Below are positions 26,476 to 35,209 of a stretch of DNA of 56,125 nt, piece by piece (the stretch's first letter is position 1; each line of letters opens with the position of its first letter). The stretch spans positions 1 through 56,125 of IMG/VR virus record IMGVR_UViG_3300045988_020923, one strand, 5' to 3'. The DNA comes from a virus. The notes beneath the pieces are model-generated. The model ran no database searches. It had not been told where the DNA came from and saw nothing but the letters and a program-made list of their open reading frames with translations. Position numbers and translations under genes: made by a program.

Positions 26476-26850
26476 ATGGAACAAATCATCACCTTAAAGG
26501 TAGACCTTGAGTACCCGGACGAAGCGCACCACGCCATTGACGAAGCGACAAAGGCCTACGAGGGAAGCAAAAAGTGCTGGAATGCCTTTGAAATCAACGA
26601 AGCCAAAAGCAGAGCACGAGACATTTTGTACAACCTGTGCAATGAAGGTTACAGCATGATATGGACGGTCACGGATGGCGCTGTCGGCCTGACGATCTGG
26701 ACAGATTTTAAGGAGCCTTGTTTTGGACAGTGCTATATGCCAAAAGAAAGCCTGTTTGACATCTGGGTCGAAAAGCTAGTTGCGCTGTGCGTTGCCACAG
26801 GCAAGGAAGTCCCGAAGTTCATCACAGATAAGGCTGGTGAGTGCTGGTGA
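26476..26850 (+). CDS. Hypothetical protein
   Basis: 124-aa ORF, GGAGGGG RBS. Confidence 0.5.
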   Translation: MEQIITLKVDLEYPDEAHHAIDEATKAYEGSKKCWNAFEINEAKSRARDILYNLCNEGYSMIWTVTDGAVGLTIWTDFKEPCFGQCYMPKESLFDIWVEKLVALCVATGKEVPKFITDKAGECW

Positions 26851-27032
26851 TGAAATTTCGTAAAGCGCAAAGCCACAAGCGCAGGCTGAAGCTTGCAATG
26901 GCTGCTGGCGTATCCAGAAACGATGCTAACAAGGTGCTGTGGATGGAGAAGTCCATCAACCAGTGCTTTGAACGTCACAATCGGGAAGCCAGACTGAAAG
27001 AGGAGATGCAGCGTGGAAGAAAAGTACTGTGA
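26850..27032 (+). CDS. Hypothetical protein
   Basis: 60 aa from an ATG overlapping the previous stop (TGATG). Confidence 0.4.
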   Translation: MKFRKAQSHKRRLKLAMAAGVSRNDANKVLWMEKSINQCFERHNREARLKEEMQRGRKVL

Positions 27033-27423
27033 ACGCTGCGGCCTGTATCTTGGCGTAGTCAGACCGACAAGACGGTACTGCTCCGAGTGTAAGCGCAAGG
27101 TTGACAAAGAGCGTGACAGGAAGCACAGGAAGGCTGGAATTACATTCAAGCCCCGTAAGGCATTCTGCGCATACTGCGGCAAGCCGATGCTGAAAAAAGT
27201 AGCATCGCAGAAATACCACAATGGATGCGCTAAGAAAGCCTACAACGCAAAGGCGAACCTGAACGCGAAGGCAGCGTACAAAATCAAACAGCAAGAAAAC
27301 AAGAAGCTGGAAAAGACGTTTCCATCCATCGGAGAAGTACAAGCCCTTGCGGACAAGCTTGGCAAGCACTACGGCGAAGTTTCGCAGATGCTTGCAACAG
27401 GGGAGTTGACCTATGAACGGTAA
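27013..27423 (+). CDS. Zinc-ribbon protein
   Basis: 136 aa, GTG start; CERCG...CSEC and CAYCG CxxC pairs. Confidence 0.45.
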   Translation: MEEKYCERCGLYLGVVRPTRRYCSECKRKVDKERDRKHRKAGITFKPRKAFCAYCGKPMLKKVASQKYHNGCAKKAYNAKANLNAKAAYKIKQQENKKLEKTFPSIGEVQALADKLGKHYGEVSQMLATGELTYER

Positions 27424-27506
27424 GTATTACGGAAAGCGGGAAATCCGCTGGCACAACCGGGAGAAAGACCGGCTGGAACGCATCAATAAAGAAAGAGTGA
27501 GCAAAA

Positions 27507-28130
27507 ATGAAAAAAATAAAAGTAAGAATCACATTCACCGAAGCCGTTCTCGGCACTTGGCCTAGCAACCAGAACATCGCGCGAGAGTTTATCGCCAGCA
27601 AGTCCCCTGATGCAAACACCATCGAGGACGAAGTGGCCGCTCTGGGCGCAGATGCTGTGGCAGACAAAAGCATGACCGTGTTTCCTCGCAACGAAAACGG
27701 AGACCCAATCCTGTATGACTACCAGATTAAGGGTTTTTTCAAGGATTCCTGCGGTATGCTTTCCCGTATTGGCGGAAAGACCGAAACTGGCAAGAAGAAG
27801 GCCGTGAACGAAAGCGGCAAGCTGACGGCCTACAAGAAGGTCATTGACGGTCTGATTTTCGTTCAGCCCCGCATGATTCCCATTCATGTGAACGGTGATA
27901 TTACCGAGTGTCAGCGCCCTCTCCGCGCCCAGACTGCGCAGGGCGAGCGCGTCAGCCTTGCCAACAGTGAGCAGATTCCCGCTGGTTCGACTTGCGAGTT
28001 TGAAATCGTTCTTCTGGACGATTCTCACGAGAAGGTCGTGCTCGAGTGGCTGGACTACGGCGCTCTGCGTGGCATCGGCCAGTGGCGCAACAGTTCTAAA
28101 GGGCGCTTTGCTTACGAAATCCTCAATTAA
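27507..28130 (+). CDS. Conserved phage protein of unknown function
   Basis: 207-aa ORF; the sequence is recalled as a recurrent early-region phage family, but I cannot name it. Confidence 0.55.
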   Translation: MKKIKVRITFTEAVLGTWPSNQNIAREFIASKSPDANTIEDEVAALGADAVADKSMTVFPRNENGDPILYDYQIKGFFKDSCGMLSRIGGKTETGKKKAVNESGKLTAYKKVIDGLIFVQPRMIPIHVNGDITECQRPLRAQTAQGERVSLANSEQIPAGSTCEFEIVLLDDSHEKVVLEWLDYGALRGIGQWRNSSKGRFAYEILN

Positions 28131-28432
28131 CCGCTATGGCAGAGCAATGCCGCGATGGGATCAGCAAGGGCAATGCGCTGATTTGACGAGACCTGCAAAG
28201 GCTATGGATGCAAGGCGTAGTTTTGATAGGCAATGGCAAAGAATAGAAACGATAGGCTAAGACATTGAGTAGCTAGGGGCAGAAAAGCTAAGGCATTGAG
28301 TTGCGAGGTAGCGCATTGCGAAGGCAAAGCGAAGCTCAGACCCGAAGAGCAAAGGCAAGGCGATTCACCGAAAAGCAACGGCAAAGCATGGTATAGCCGT
28401 GATTTGCAATGGCAAAAACGAAAGGAGACAAA
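28131..28432. repeat. Non-coding region with degenerate GCAATGSC / CAAAGGC / GCTAAGRCATTGAGT repeats
   Basis: GGCTAAGACATTGAGTAGC around 28255 and AGCTAAGGCATTGAGTTGC around 28286; GCAATGGCAAA around 28231 and 28405; no credible ORF. Confidence 0.4.
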
Positions 28433-28642
28433 GTGAAAGCATTTATTGAAGTTGCCCTGATGTGGGGCATAGCGCTGGCGGTGGTTTTGTCGGTATTTCT
28501 GCTGAACTTCTGGATGGTGCATCACATCGAAATTCTGGTGGGCTCATCAGCTGCCCGTGGAATCATCACGGTATCTGTGGCAATGGCTACGGCATGGATA
28601 CTGAGTTTTGGAGGTAATAAGAGTGAAAAGCCTGAAAGCTAA
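28433..28642 (+). CDS. Small membrane protein
   Basis: GTG start with GAAAGGAG RBS (alternative ATG at 28409); two hydrophobic segments. Confidence 0.45.
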   Translation: MKAFIEVALMWGIALAVVLSVFLLNFWMVHHIEILVGSSAARGIITVSVAMATAWILSFGGNKSEKPES

Positions 28643-28883
28643 TGTCCTTTGTACGCTTGGAATCGCGTTAGCAATCTTTTCGGTAGGATGCGGCGACGCA
28701 ATCCAGAAAAGCCAAAGCGTGGTAGCAATGTTTTGGTACGTTTTCCTTTCGTGTAGCTTCCTCGCCGTAGCACTCGTCTTGTGCGCCATTGGGGTCAGCT
28801 CTGAAAATGAACGTATTGAACAGGAAAATCGCAAAGTAAAACGCATTCCTCACCACACCAGCGAGTGGAGGGATGCACAGTGA
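28623..28883 (+). CDS. Small membrane protein
   Basis: GTG start with GGAGG RBS; hydrophobic LCTLGIALAIFSVGC and FLAVALVLCAIGV segments. Confidence 0.45.
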   Translation: MKSLKANVLCTLGIALAIFSVGCGDAIQKSQSVVAMFWYVFLSCSFLAVALVLCAIGVSSENERIEQENRKVKRIPHHTSEWRDAQ

Positions 28884-29074
28884 AATGCCCGATGTGCGGC
28901 AGTGACAACATTGCAACGGTTGACAGTCGGCCTGAACACGACAGCATCACTCGACGCAAAAAGTGTCTTGTATGTAACTACCGGTGGTCTACCATCGAAA
29001 TCGACAAAGACCAGTGGCACAGCGCGTTGCAAATCAAAGAGGAACGCAAGAGGGGGAGACCAAAAGATGATTAA
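28880..29074 (+). CDS. NrdR-like zinc-ribbon protein lacking the ATP-cone
   Basis: VKCPMCGSDNIATVDSRPEHDSITRRKKCLVCNYRWSTIE aligns by eye with the NrdR N-terminus (CPFC..D..V.DSR...RRRR.CLVCN.RF.T.E); only 64 aa. Confidence 0.6.
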   Translation: MKCPMCGSDNIATVDSRPEHDSITRRKKCLVCNYRWSTIEIDKDQWHSALQIKEERKRGRPKDD

Positions 29075-29261
29075 CCTTGACAGATTTGGTGGCGTGACAG
29101 AGCCGGAGGACGGCGTGTACTTTATGACCAACAAGCAGATGGCAGAAGCCAAAGAAGCTGACCGACTGGCTGAAATCAAGGACTTGCAGTCTGAAATTGA
29201 CGACAGGGAAGCGGAGTTGAAAGATCTCCGTGCACAGTTGGCAGAACTGATGGCTGGTTGA
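29067..29261 (+). CDS. Coiled-coil hypothetical protein
   Basis: 64-aa ORF overlapping the previous stop. Confidence 0.4.
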   Translation: MINLDRFGGVTEPEDGVYFMTNKQMAEAKEADRLAEIKDLQSEIDDREAELKDLRAQLAELMAG

Positions 29262-29329
29262 TTTTGCACAGCCAAGTTAAGCCAAAGTAAGAACAATGAA
29301 GCCTAATGAAGCCGAAGAAAGGAAAGAAA

Positions 29330-29701
29330 ATGGGCAAATACAAGAAAGAAATCAGACATTGTACGAGATGCAACAAGCCATTTTCGGCATACCCGGAAAA
29401 CGATGAAAAGCTTTGCGCAAATTGCAAAGAAGCTGACTACGAGAAAATGCTTAAGCTGAATGGATATGCGCTGAAGCATCGTCTGGTAAGAAGCGTGGGA
29501 GACTCTTTTATTCCTAATGCGTTAAGCGCCACTCGGAGGGACGATACCGTCTCCATTCAAAAAACGTGCCGTGACTGCGGCAAAGTGTTCGAGATTACTT
29601 GTGCAGAGCGCTTTTTCTTCGAATCACATAACATGGCACTGCCCAAGCGTTGCCCGGCTTGCCGTAAAGCGAGAAAAGAAGCGAGGAAGGAGAACAACTG
29701 A
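29330..29701 (+). CDS. Zinc-ribbon domain protein
   Basis: CTRCN...CANC; C-terminal CRDCGKVFEITCAERFFFESHNMALPKRCPACRK resembles the 'probable zinc-ribbon' family. Confidence 0.5.
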   Translation: MGKYKKEIRHCTRCNKPFSAYPENDEKLCANCKEADYEKMLKLNGYALKHRLVRSVGDSFIPNALSATRRDDTVSIQKTCRDCGKVFEITCAERFFFESHNMALPKRCPACRKARKEARKENN

Positions 29702-30309
29702 TGGATAACAGCAAAATCCATGAAGCTCTAATGGCTGTTCAGTCAGAGTTAAAAGCCCCGAAGGGGCAGATGAACAAGTTCGGTGGATACAAGTACCGCT
29801 CGTGCGAGGACATTCTCGAAGCGGTCAAGCCCATCTTGAAAGCGCATAACCTTGTGCTACGGCTTTCCGACAAGCCTGTTATTGTTGACAGTTGGCACTA
29901 CATCGAAGTCACTGCAACAGTTGAATCGCAGGATGGTGCCACCTACACGGTGACTGCATACGCTCGTGAGCCTGAGTTTAAGAAAGGCATGGACGATTCG
30001 CAAATTACTGGCACTGCAAGCAGCTACGCTAGAAAGTATGCACTGAACGGTCTGTTCTGCATTGACGATACAAAAGACGCTGACACGGACGAGTATCAAA
30101 AACAGACCGCAAGCAGGGCAAACAAGCCTGCGCAGAAGCAAACGGAAACGGACGCCATTCCTCCGTGCGCTTGCTGCGGAAAGCAGTTGCAGCCTATTCA
30201 GTACAACAACCGCACCGTCACTCCGCTGGAAACTGCAAGAAGCACAAAGAAACGATTTGGGCGCGTCCTGTGTTGGGACTGTGCTCAGAAACAGCCGAAG
30301 GAGGGCTAA
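29701..30309 (+). CDS. ERF-family single-strand annealing recombinase with C-terminal zinc ribbon
   Basis: The AVQSELKAPKGQMNKFGGYKYRSCEDILEAVKPILKAHNL pattern is typical of ERF; adjacent to ssb. Confidence 0.7.
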   Translation: MDNSKIHEALMAVQSELKAPKGQMNKFGGYKYRSCEDILEAVKPILKAHNLVLRLSDKPVIVDSWHYIEVTATVESQDGATYTVTAYAREPEFKKGMDDSQITGTASSYARKYALNGLFCIDDTKDADTDEYQKQTASRANKPAQKQTETDAIPPCACCGKQLQPIQYNNRTVTPLETARSTKKRFGRVLCWDCAQKQPKEG

Positions 30310-30312
30310 ATA

Positions 30313-30732
30313 ATGCTCAACTCTATTGCAATTCAGGGTCGCCTGGTTCACACGCCAGAAGCTAAGGTCACGAAGTCCGGCAAGGATGTTTGCACGTTCA
30401 GCATTGCTTGCGACCGTCAGAGCTGCGGTCAGAAGGAAACCGACTTCTTCAACTGCACTGCATTTGGTAATACGGCACTGTTCGTTTCCAAGTGGTTCCA
30501 GAAGGGCAGCCTGATTCTGGTGACTGGTAGCATCCAGACCCGGAAGTATACCGACAAGCAGGGAAACAACCGCACCGCAACGGAAATCATGGCGAACAAG
30601 GTTGACTTCTGCGGTGGCAAATCGGACAGCAAGCCCGCTGATCGGGCGCAGGATGCACCACAGAACTGCTCTCAGGGCAACACGGACGACTTCTCTGTGA
30701 TTGACGACAGTTCTGATCTCCCTTTTAACTAA
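30313..30732 (+). CDS. ssb: Single-stranded DNA-binding protein
   Basis: OB-fold N-terminus (NSIAIQGRLVHTPE...) and acidic DDSSDLPF tail. Confidence 0.9.
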   Translation: MLNSIAIQGRLVHTPEAKVTKSGKDVCTFSIACDRQSCGQKETDFFNCTAFGNTALFVSKWFQKGSLILVTGSIQTRKYTDKQGNNRTATEIMANKVDFCGGKSDSKPADRAQDAPQNCSQGNTDDFSVIDDSSDLPFN

Positions 30733-30813
30733 CGGTTACGCTACCGGGACAAAAGGCGAACCGCCTACCTTATATAAGAGCTGTGCTATCTGGCTGGACG
30801 GGCGTTTGGAAAG

Positions 30814-31443
30814 ATGAAAGTTTTAGTCGCCTGCGAGGAATCACAGGAAGTCTGTAAGGCGTTCCGGGCAAAAGGTCACGAAGCTTACTCATGCGACATC
30901 CAGAAACCGTCCGGCGGTCATCCTGAGTGGCATATTCTTGAAGATGCGATCAAGGCTTTGGAAGGGGGGCAAGTCGTGACAATGGACGGTGTAACGCATG
31001 ACGTTGGCAAATGGGACTTACTCATTGCGCACCCACCCTGCACACACCTGGCTGTTTCTGGTGCACGGTGGTTTACGGAGGGAAAAAAGCCGCTCAGCTT
31101 GCGATTTGAAGCAGCTGCGTTTTTTATGAAGTTTGTGGAAGCAGATATTCCGCGAATTGCCATTGAAAACCCTGTATGCGTAATGTCTACGTTATACAGA
31201 AAACCGGACCAGATTATCAATCCTTGGCAATTTGGGCATCCGGAGCAAAAGAAGACCTGCTTGTGGTTAAAAAATCTTCCCAGGCTAACCGAAACCGACA
31301 ATGTATATGAAGACATGATGTCTCTTTCAGTTAAAGAAAGAACCAGGATATGGCAGCTTGGAAGTGGCCATGCAAAAGAAAGAAGTAAAACTTATCCTGG
31401 CATTGCAAAAGCAATGGCCGAACAATGGGGGGTAAAACAATGA
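30814..31443 (+). CDS. C5-cytosine methyltransferase-like protein lacking the canonical FxGxG motif I
   Basis: HPPCTHLA (motif IV PPC) and IENPV (motif VI ENV-like) are present; the N-terminus reads LVACEESQE where FSGIGG is expected; only 209 aa. Confidence 0.55.
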   Translation: MKVLVACEESQEVCKAFRAKGHEAYSCDIQKPSGGHPEWHILEDAIKALEGGQVVTMDGVTHDVGKWDLLIAHPPCTHLAVSGARWFTEGKKPLSLRFEAAAFFMKFVEADIPRIAIENPVCVMSTLYRKPDQIINPWQFGHPEQKKTCLWLKNLPRLTETDNVYEDMMSLSVKERTRIWQLGSGHAKERSKTYPGIAKAMAEQWGVKQ

Positions 31444-31658
31444 TTACCTGTTGCAAAAACTGCCCATCACGCCACCAAGCCTGCCACGACACTTGCGAGA
31501 AGTACAAGGCAGAGAAGAAAGACTTCGAGGAACGCAATGCATTCGTGTATGAGCTGAACCACAGCCAGAGCGTGTACCACCGTGATTATGAGGACAAGCA
31601 CCGAGAACGTGGCAAAAAGCGGTTTCTCGGAAGTGAATTTAGAGGTGAACGAGGATGA
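31440..31658 (+). CDS. Cys-rich hypothetical protein
   Basis: 72 aa from an ATG overlapping the previous stop; CCKNCPSRHQACHDTC. Confidence 0.4.
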   Translation: MITCCKNCPSRHQACHDTCEKYKAEKKDFEERNAFVYELNHSQSVYHRDYEDKHRERGKKRFLGSEFRGERG

Positions 31659-32197
31659 GCAAAGCCGTACTTATTAGCATTCGTCCCGAGTGGTGTAAGA
31701 AAATTGCAGGTGGGCAGAAGACCATAGAAATCCGCAAAACAGAGCCAAATCTGAAAACGCCGTTTAAGTGCTATATCTACTGCGCCAAGAGTACACACTT
31801 TGTCGATATTCCCGGTGTGAAAGAAAGTGGCTTCATGTCGGCTGACGGAAAAGTCATCGGCGAGTTTACTTGCTATAGTACTACGGTTATCTGCCATGCA
31901 GGGGCGACTGGGAGCGGGGCTTTGCTTAAGCTACACATTATTTGGCCTGGGCTGGAATTGCAGTATAAACCTACGACTGACCTGCTCAAAGCGGCTTGCA
32001 TAAGCGAAGAAACCGCCGAAAAATATCTCAAAGGCCGTGGCGGCTACGGCTGGCACATTTCCAACCTGAAAATTTACGATCGCCCACGACCGTTGAGCGA
32101 TTTTACAAGGCTGCGGGCAACGAAATTTGGCTATGAGCTTGTAAATATTGAGCGACCACCGCAATCCTGGTTTTATGTGGAGGAACTTCACGCATGA
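31655..32197 (+). CDS. ASCH (PUA-like) domain protein
   Basis: The N-terminal VLISIRPEWCKKIAGGQKTIEIRK pattern. Confidence 0.6.
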   Translation: MSKAVLISIRPEWCKKIAGGQKTIEIRKTEPNLKTPFKCYIYCAKSTHFVDIPGVKESGFMSADGKVIGEFTCYSTTVICHAGATGSGALLKLHIIWPGLELQYKPTTDLLKAACISEETAEKYLKGRGGYGWHISNLKIYDRPRPLSDFTRLRATKFGYELVNIERPPQSWFYVEELHA

Positions 32198-32721
32198 ACA
32201 CCGGCAAACAGTTTGAAGCAGACTTCAAGGCGTCCGTCCCATCCGATGCGTGGTGCTACCGCTTGAAAGACAGTGCTGCCACCTACTACGGCGGCAACGA
32301 GAACCTGTCCTTTTCCATCGACAACATCTGTGACTTCATTGTGTACCGATACCCGATGAACCACCTGTTTGAACTGAAAACTATCGAAACACCCTCTATC
32401 CCTTTGGAAAAGGTGTTCGGCAAGTACGACAAGGCAAAGTGCAAATACCGCAAAGAAAAGCACATCACTGACATGGTAGATGCAATGGGGTACGGCGGTC
32501 AGACCGCCCATGTGATAGTCAATTACAGGGCGGTCAACAGCACCTTTGCAATCCCTGCCAGCAAGGTTCTGGCGTTCCGTTACAACGAGAGCCGGAAAAG
32601 CATCCCTTGGCAGTGGGCAGAGCAAGAGGGGATAGAGGTCAAAGCAAAAAGGCTGCGTGTCCATTGGCGGTATGACGTGGACGGGCTGCTAAAGAGATTG
32701 GAGAAAGAAAATGAGGTTTGA
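32194..32721 (+). CDS. RecU-like Holliday junction resolvase candidate
   Basis: N-terminal GKQFE, then D...D/E.K-type core (DFIVY...LFELKT); located in the recombination module. Confidence 0.55.
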   Translation: MNTGKQFEADFKASVPSDAWCYRLKDSAATYYGGNENLSFSIDNICDFIVYRYPMNHLFELKTIETPSIPLEKVFGKYDKAKCKYRKEKHITDMVDAMGYGGQTAHVIVNYRAVNSTFAIPASKVLAFRYNESRKSIPWQWAEQEGIEVKAKRLRVHWRYDVDGLLKRLEKENEV

Positions 32722-32905
32722 TTATGTTGAGGTTGAGATTTGCGACCGATGCGGCGAGTGCTTTTCGCGGAACGACGAAGTGAACGGAATCAGAAAAGTG
32801 AAAATCAAAAAACGCGGCTATGAATGCTCGCCAGACAGGTTGTTCGTTCTTTGCCCCTCTTGTATGGCTGCACTCAACGACTGGCTGAAAGGAGAACAGA
32901 AGTGA
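32711..32905 (+). CDS. Zinc-ribbon hypothetical protein
   Basis: 64 aa; the CDRCGEC...CPSC motif. Confidence 0.4.
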   Translation: MRFDYVEVEICDRCGECFSRNDEVNGIRKVKIKKRGYECSPDRLFVLCPSCMAALNDWLKGEQK

Positions 32906-33231
32906 GCAAGAAAGTTTCAGACATTCTGCCTAAGACGGAAATTTTGGCACAGCTGGAAGAAAAAGCATCCGAACTAGCACAGGCTGCATTGAAGCTGCGC
33001 CGGGCACTGGATGGTACGAACCCGACACCGAAGAGCGTTGCAGAGTGCGAAGCAAATCTGATGGAAGAATTTGCAGACATAAGTAACGCAGTCACTGATT
33101 TATGCGATGCTTGGTTTGGAGATAACCTCGATTCCGAACGCGAATTTTGGGACGCAGAGCTTGAAATTGAGGACGCTAAATACAAACGCTGGCTCTCTCG
33201 CCTTGAAGCAAAGGAGAATAAAAATGGCTGA
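32902..33231 (+). CDS. All-alpha MazG-like NTP pyrophosphohydrolase candidate
   Basis: GTG start with AAAGGAGA RBS; acidic EE..E / EEFAD helical motifs. Confidence 0.35.
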   Translation: MSKKVSDILPKTEILAQLEEKASELAQAALKLRRALDGTNPTPKSVAECEANLMEEFADISNAVTDLCDAWFGDNLDSEREFWDAELEIEDAKYKRWLSRLEAKENKNG

Positions 33232-33469
33232 ATATCATGTTGGCTGCGGGATGTTTGGCATTTATGCAGGAACTGTAAAAGCAAACGGAAAAGAGTGGAA
33301 AGATAAAACTCGTGTTACGGATGAAGCAGTAGAAGCTGTTCGAGACTGGCTTGTTTCTAAGGCAGAAGAAGAAAAACAAGGCTTTTATGGTTACGCTTGG
33401 GATACCAAAGACGGAAAGACTGTGATCTTGAAAGTCACCATTAAAAACAAGGAGCAGCCGGATGAATAA
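33224..33469 (+). CDS. Hypothetical protein
   Basis: 81-aa ORF from ATG 33224. Confidence 0.45.
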   Translation: MAEYHVGCGMFGIYAGTVKANGKEWKDKTRVTDEAVEAVRDWLVSKAEEEKQGFYGYAWDTKDGKTVILKVTIKNKEQPDE

Positions 33470-33527
33470 ATTTGGAAACTGCCCCCTGTGCGGAAAGCAG
33501 GAAGAGCTGAGAGAAAGGTGGAACTAA
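33462..33527 (+). CDS. Mini-ORF (21 aa) resembling fused Lar-family termini
   Basis: AAGGAG RBS; MNKFGNCPLCGKQEELRERWN has the CPxCG start and RWN end with nothing between. Confidence 0.25.
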   Translation: MNKFGNCPLCGKQEELRERWN

Positions 33528-33529
33528 CA

Positions 33530-33712
33530 ATGTTTGAATTTGCAACTCGCTGGCTGGTCTGCCTAGTCCTGCTGGCGGTAGTGGTTCAGTCCGAACGGAC
33601 AATCAAAGACATGACAGACGACCAGTTTGAAGAACGACAGGCAATGTTTGTCTGGCTGTTCATCAACGTGTGTCTGGCTGTTTGCACGGCTGTTGTGATG
33701 GGGTGGAAGTAA
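33530..33712 (+). CDS. Small two-TM membrane protein
   Basis: 60 aa; the hydrophobic segments WLVCLVLLAVVV and VWLFINVCLAVCTAVVMGW. Confidence 0.4.
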   Translation: MFEFATRWLVCLVLLAVVVQSERTIKDMTDDQFEERQAMFVWLFINVCLAVCTAVVMGWK

Positions 33713-33714
33713 AT

Positions 33715-33950
33715 ATGGAAATTCGTGGAGAGCGTGATAATCAGGTGGTTCGTTTTGATTCGCTCAAGATTGGACAACCGTTTTATTAAAAAAAGATCTC
33801 TTAATGAGAATAAATAGTATTACGGACGTTTCCTTATTTAGAGAAGCAATAACGTATAATTGCGTGTTTCTCAGTAACGGCAGACCTGCGTGTTTCAAAG
33901 ATAATACGATGGTCAGAATCGCAAAGGTTCATATCGAAAAGGAGTACTAA
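33715..33950 (+). pseudogene. Small gene split by a frameshift in a T4/A7 homopolymer region
   Basis: Frame 1 gives MEIRGERDNQVVRFDSLKIGQPFY, with its stop at 33787. The -1 frame, open from 33759, reads ...LLKKDLLMRINSITDVSLFREAITYNCVFLSNGRPACFKDNTMV and ends coupled (TAATG) to the next gene. Confidence 0.35.
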
Positions 33951-34114
33951 TGGACAACGAACTTTACTGCCCGATGAAGATGACCAGCAATCCGCTTGGT
34001 CGGTGCGTATGCGAGAAAGAAAAGTGCGCTTGGTGGCGACAGTTGGACAACTGCTGTTCCGTCTGGTGGATTGCGGGGACGCTGGACAACATCAAAATGA
34101 AGATGAAGAGGTGA
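33950..34114 (+). CDS. Cys/Trp-rich small protein (54 aa)
   Basis: AAAAGGAG RBS; MDNELYCPMKMTSNPLGRCVCEKEKCAWWRQLDNCCSVWW. Confidence 0.4.
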   Translation: MDNELYCPMKMTSNPLGRCVCEKEKCAWWRQLDNCCSVWWIAGTLDNIKMKMKR

Positions 34115-34118
34115 GAGC

Positions 34119-34445
34119 ATGAAAAAGCGAATTTACCTTGTTCTCGAAACCGAAGCGGACGAGGATGACAAGAGCATCCTTAACGATATTGAGCAAGAAC
34201 TTGGGATGGCTACACATTATTTTGAAACCGTTTCTTATAGCGAAATCGGGTTTGAGGGCTTGTGGAGAAGCACATTCGAGCAACCACCTAAGAAAGAAAA
34301 TGCAGATGAAAACGGCTATGTGATGGCGATTGCCGGGCCGATCACAAAGTCCGATTGCGTAGGTTATCCATATAAGTGGTTGTGGAATGAAGTTGCAAAG
34401 CATCCATACGCATACCCTGTTTGGAAGCCAATCAAGGAGGTCTGA
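34119..34445 (+). CDS. Hypothetical protein
   Basis: 108-aa ORF, GAGGTG RBS. Confidence 0.5.
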   Translation: MKKRIYLVLETEADEDDKSILNDIEQELGMATHYFETVSYSEIGFEGLWRSTFEQPPKKENADENGYVMAIAGPITKSDCVGYPYKWLWNEVAKHPYAYPVWKPIKEV

Positions 34446-34448
34446 TGC

Positions 34449-35207
34449 ATGGCAACACTCCCGAAGCGTGGTCGTGGCAGACCGCCGCTGACCGAAGCGG
34501 AAAAGAAAAAGCGTGAGAAGCGGGCGCAAAAGGCGAAAGAAGAGGCTGCTGCGAAGCGCGAGAAAGAGCGTGAGAAGAAGAAACAACAGATGCTTAATAA
34601 GCGGAAATCTATCCGCTCACAGGTGAGTAAAAAGGTGAAAGAACAACAGGAGTTAGCAATCACGAGGTCTAAAATGCTGAACACAGGCGATTTGCAGTCG
34701 AGAATCGGTGATGAAGAGGACAAGAAGGTCATCGGCATGATTGCAGCCAAGTATTTTGGCGACCTTCCGAGCGTGGACATGAACAACCCGATTGAAGTTC
34801 AGCAACGTCTTGACTTCTTCTTTGACGCTTGCATCGAAGCTAGAATCTCCCCTGTGGTGGAATGGATCGCACTGGTGCTGGGCATCGAATGGGTGAGCCT
34901 GAAGCAGATTATGGCGGGAAAACGCCGTGACGACAGCTTGCAGCAGAAGTACATCCTGAAACTGATTCTTCAAATGCAATCCATGTGGGCATACAACGGT
35001 ATGTACGGTCAGGAGAACCCGGCAGAGTGGATTTTCCGAGCCAAGAACTACTTTGGTATGCGTGATAACGTGGAAGTCACCGTTGCACCGCCCGAACAGC
35101 CGTTGGGCGATGCCCAGAGCGCAGAACAGCTCGCCCAGAAGTACCAGACGGCTTTGCCGAAAGGGATTGACGTGGAGTACAGAGAAGTGACAAGCGATGG
35201 GAAGTAA
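34449..35207 (+). CDS. terS: Terminase small subunit-like protein
   Basis: RGRGRPP N-terminus, FFFDACIEARISPVVEWIALVLGIEWVSL (HTH region) and NPAEWIFRAKNYFGMRDNVEV match the common Firmicutes TerS pattern. Confidence 0.65.
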   Translation: MATLPKRGRGRPPLTEAEKKKREKRAQKAKEEAAAKREKEREKKKQQMLNKRKSIRSQVSKKVKEQQELAITRSKMLNTGDLQSRIGDEEDKKVIGMIAAKYFGDLPSVDMNNPIEVQQRLDFFFDACIEARISPVVEWIALVLGIEWVSLKQIMAGKRRDDSLQQKYILKLILQMQSMWAYNGMYGQENPAEWIFRAKNYFGMRDNVEVTVAPPEQPLGDAQSAEQLAQKYQTALPKGIDVEYREVTSDGK

Positions 35208-35209
35208 TC

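Noticed and set aside
27413-27560. ORF starting at ATG 27413 (MNGKYYGKREIRWHNREKDRLERINKE...) overlapping the start of 27507-28130
   Set aside because: It runs about 50 nt into the next well-supported gene in another frame and has no clear RBS, so it was left unannotated.
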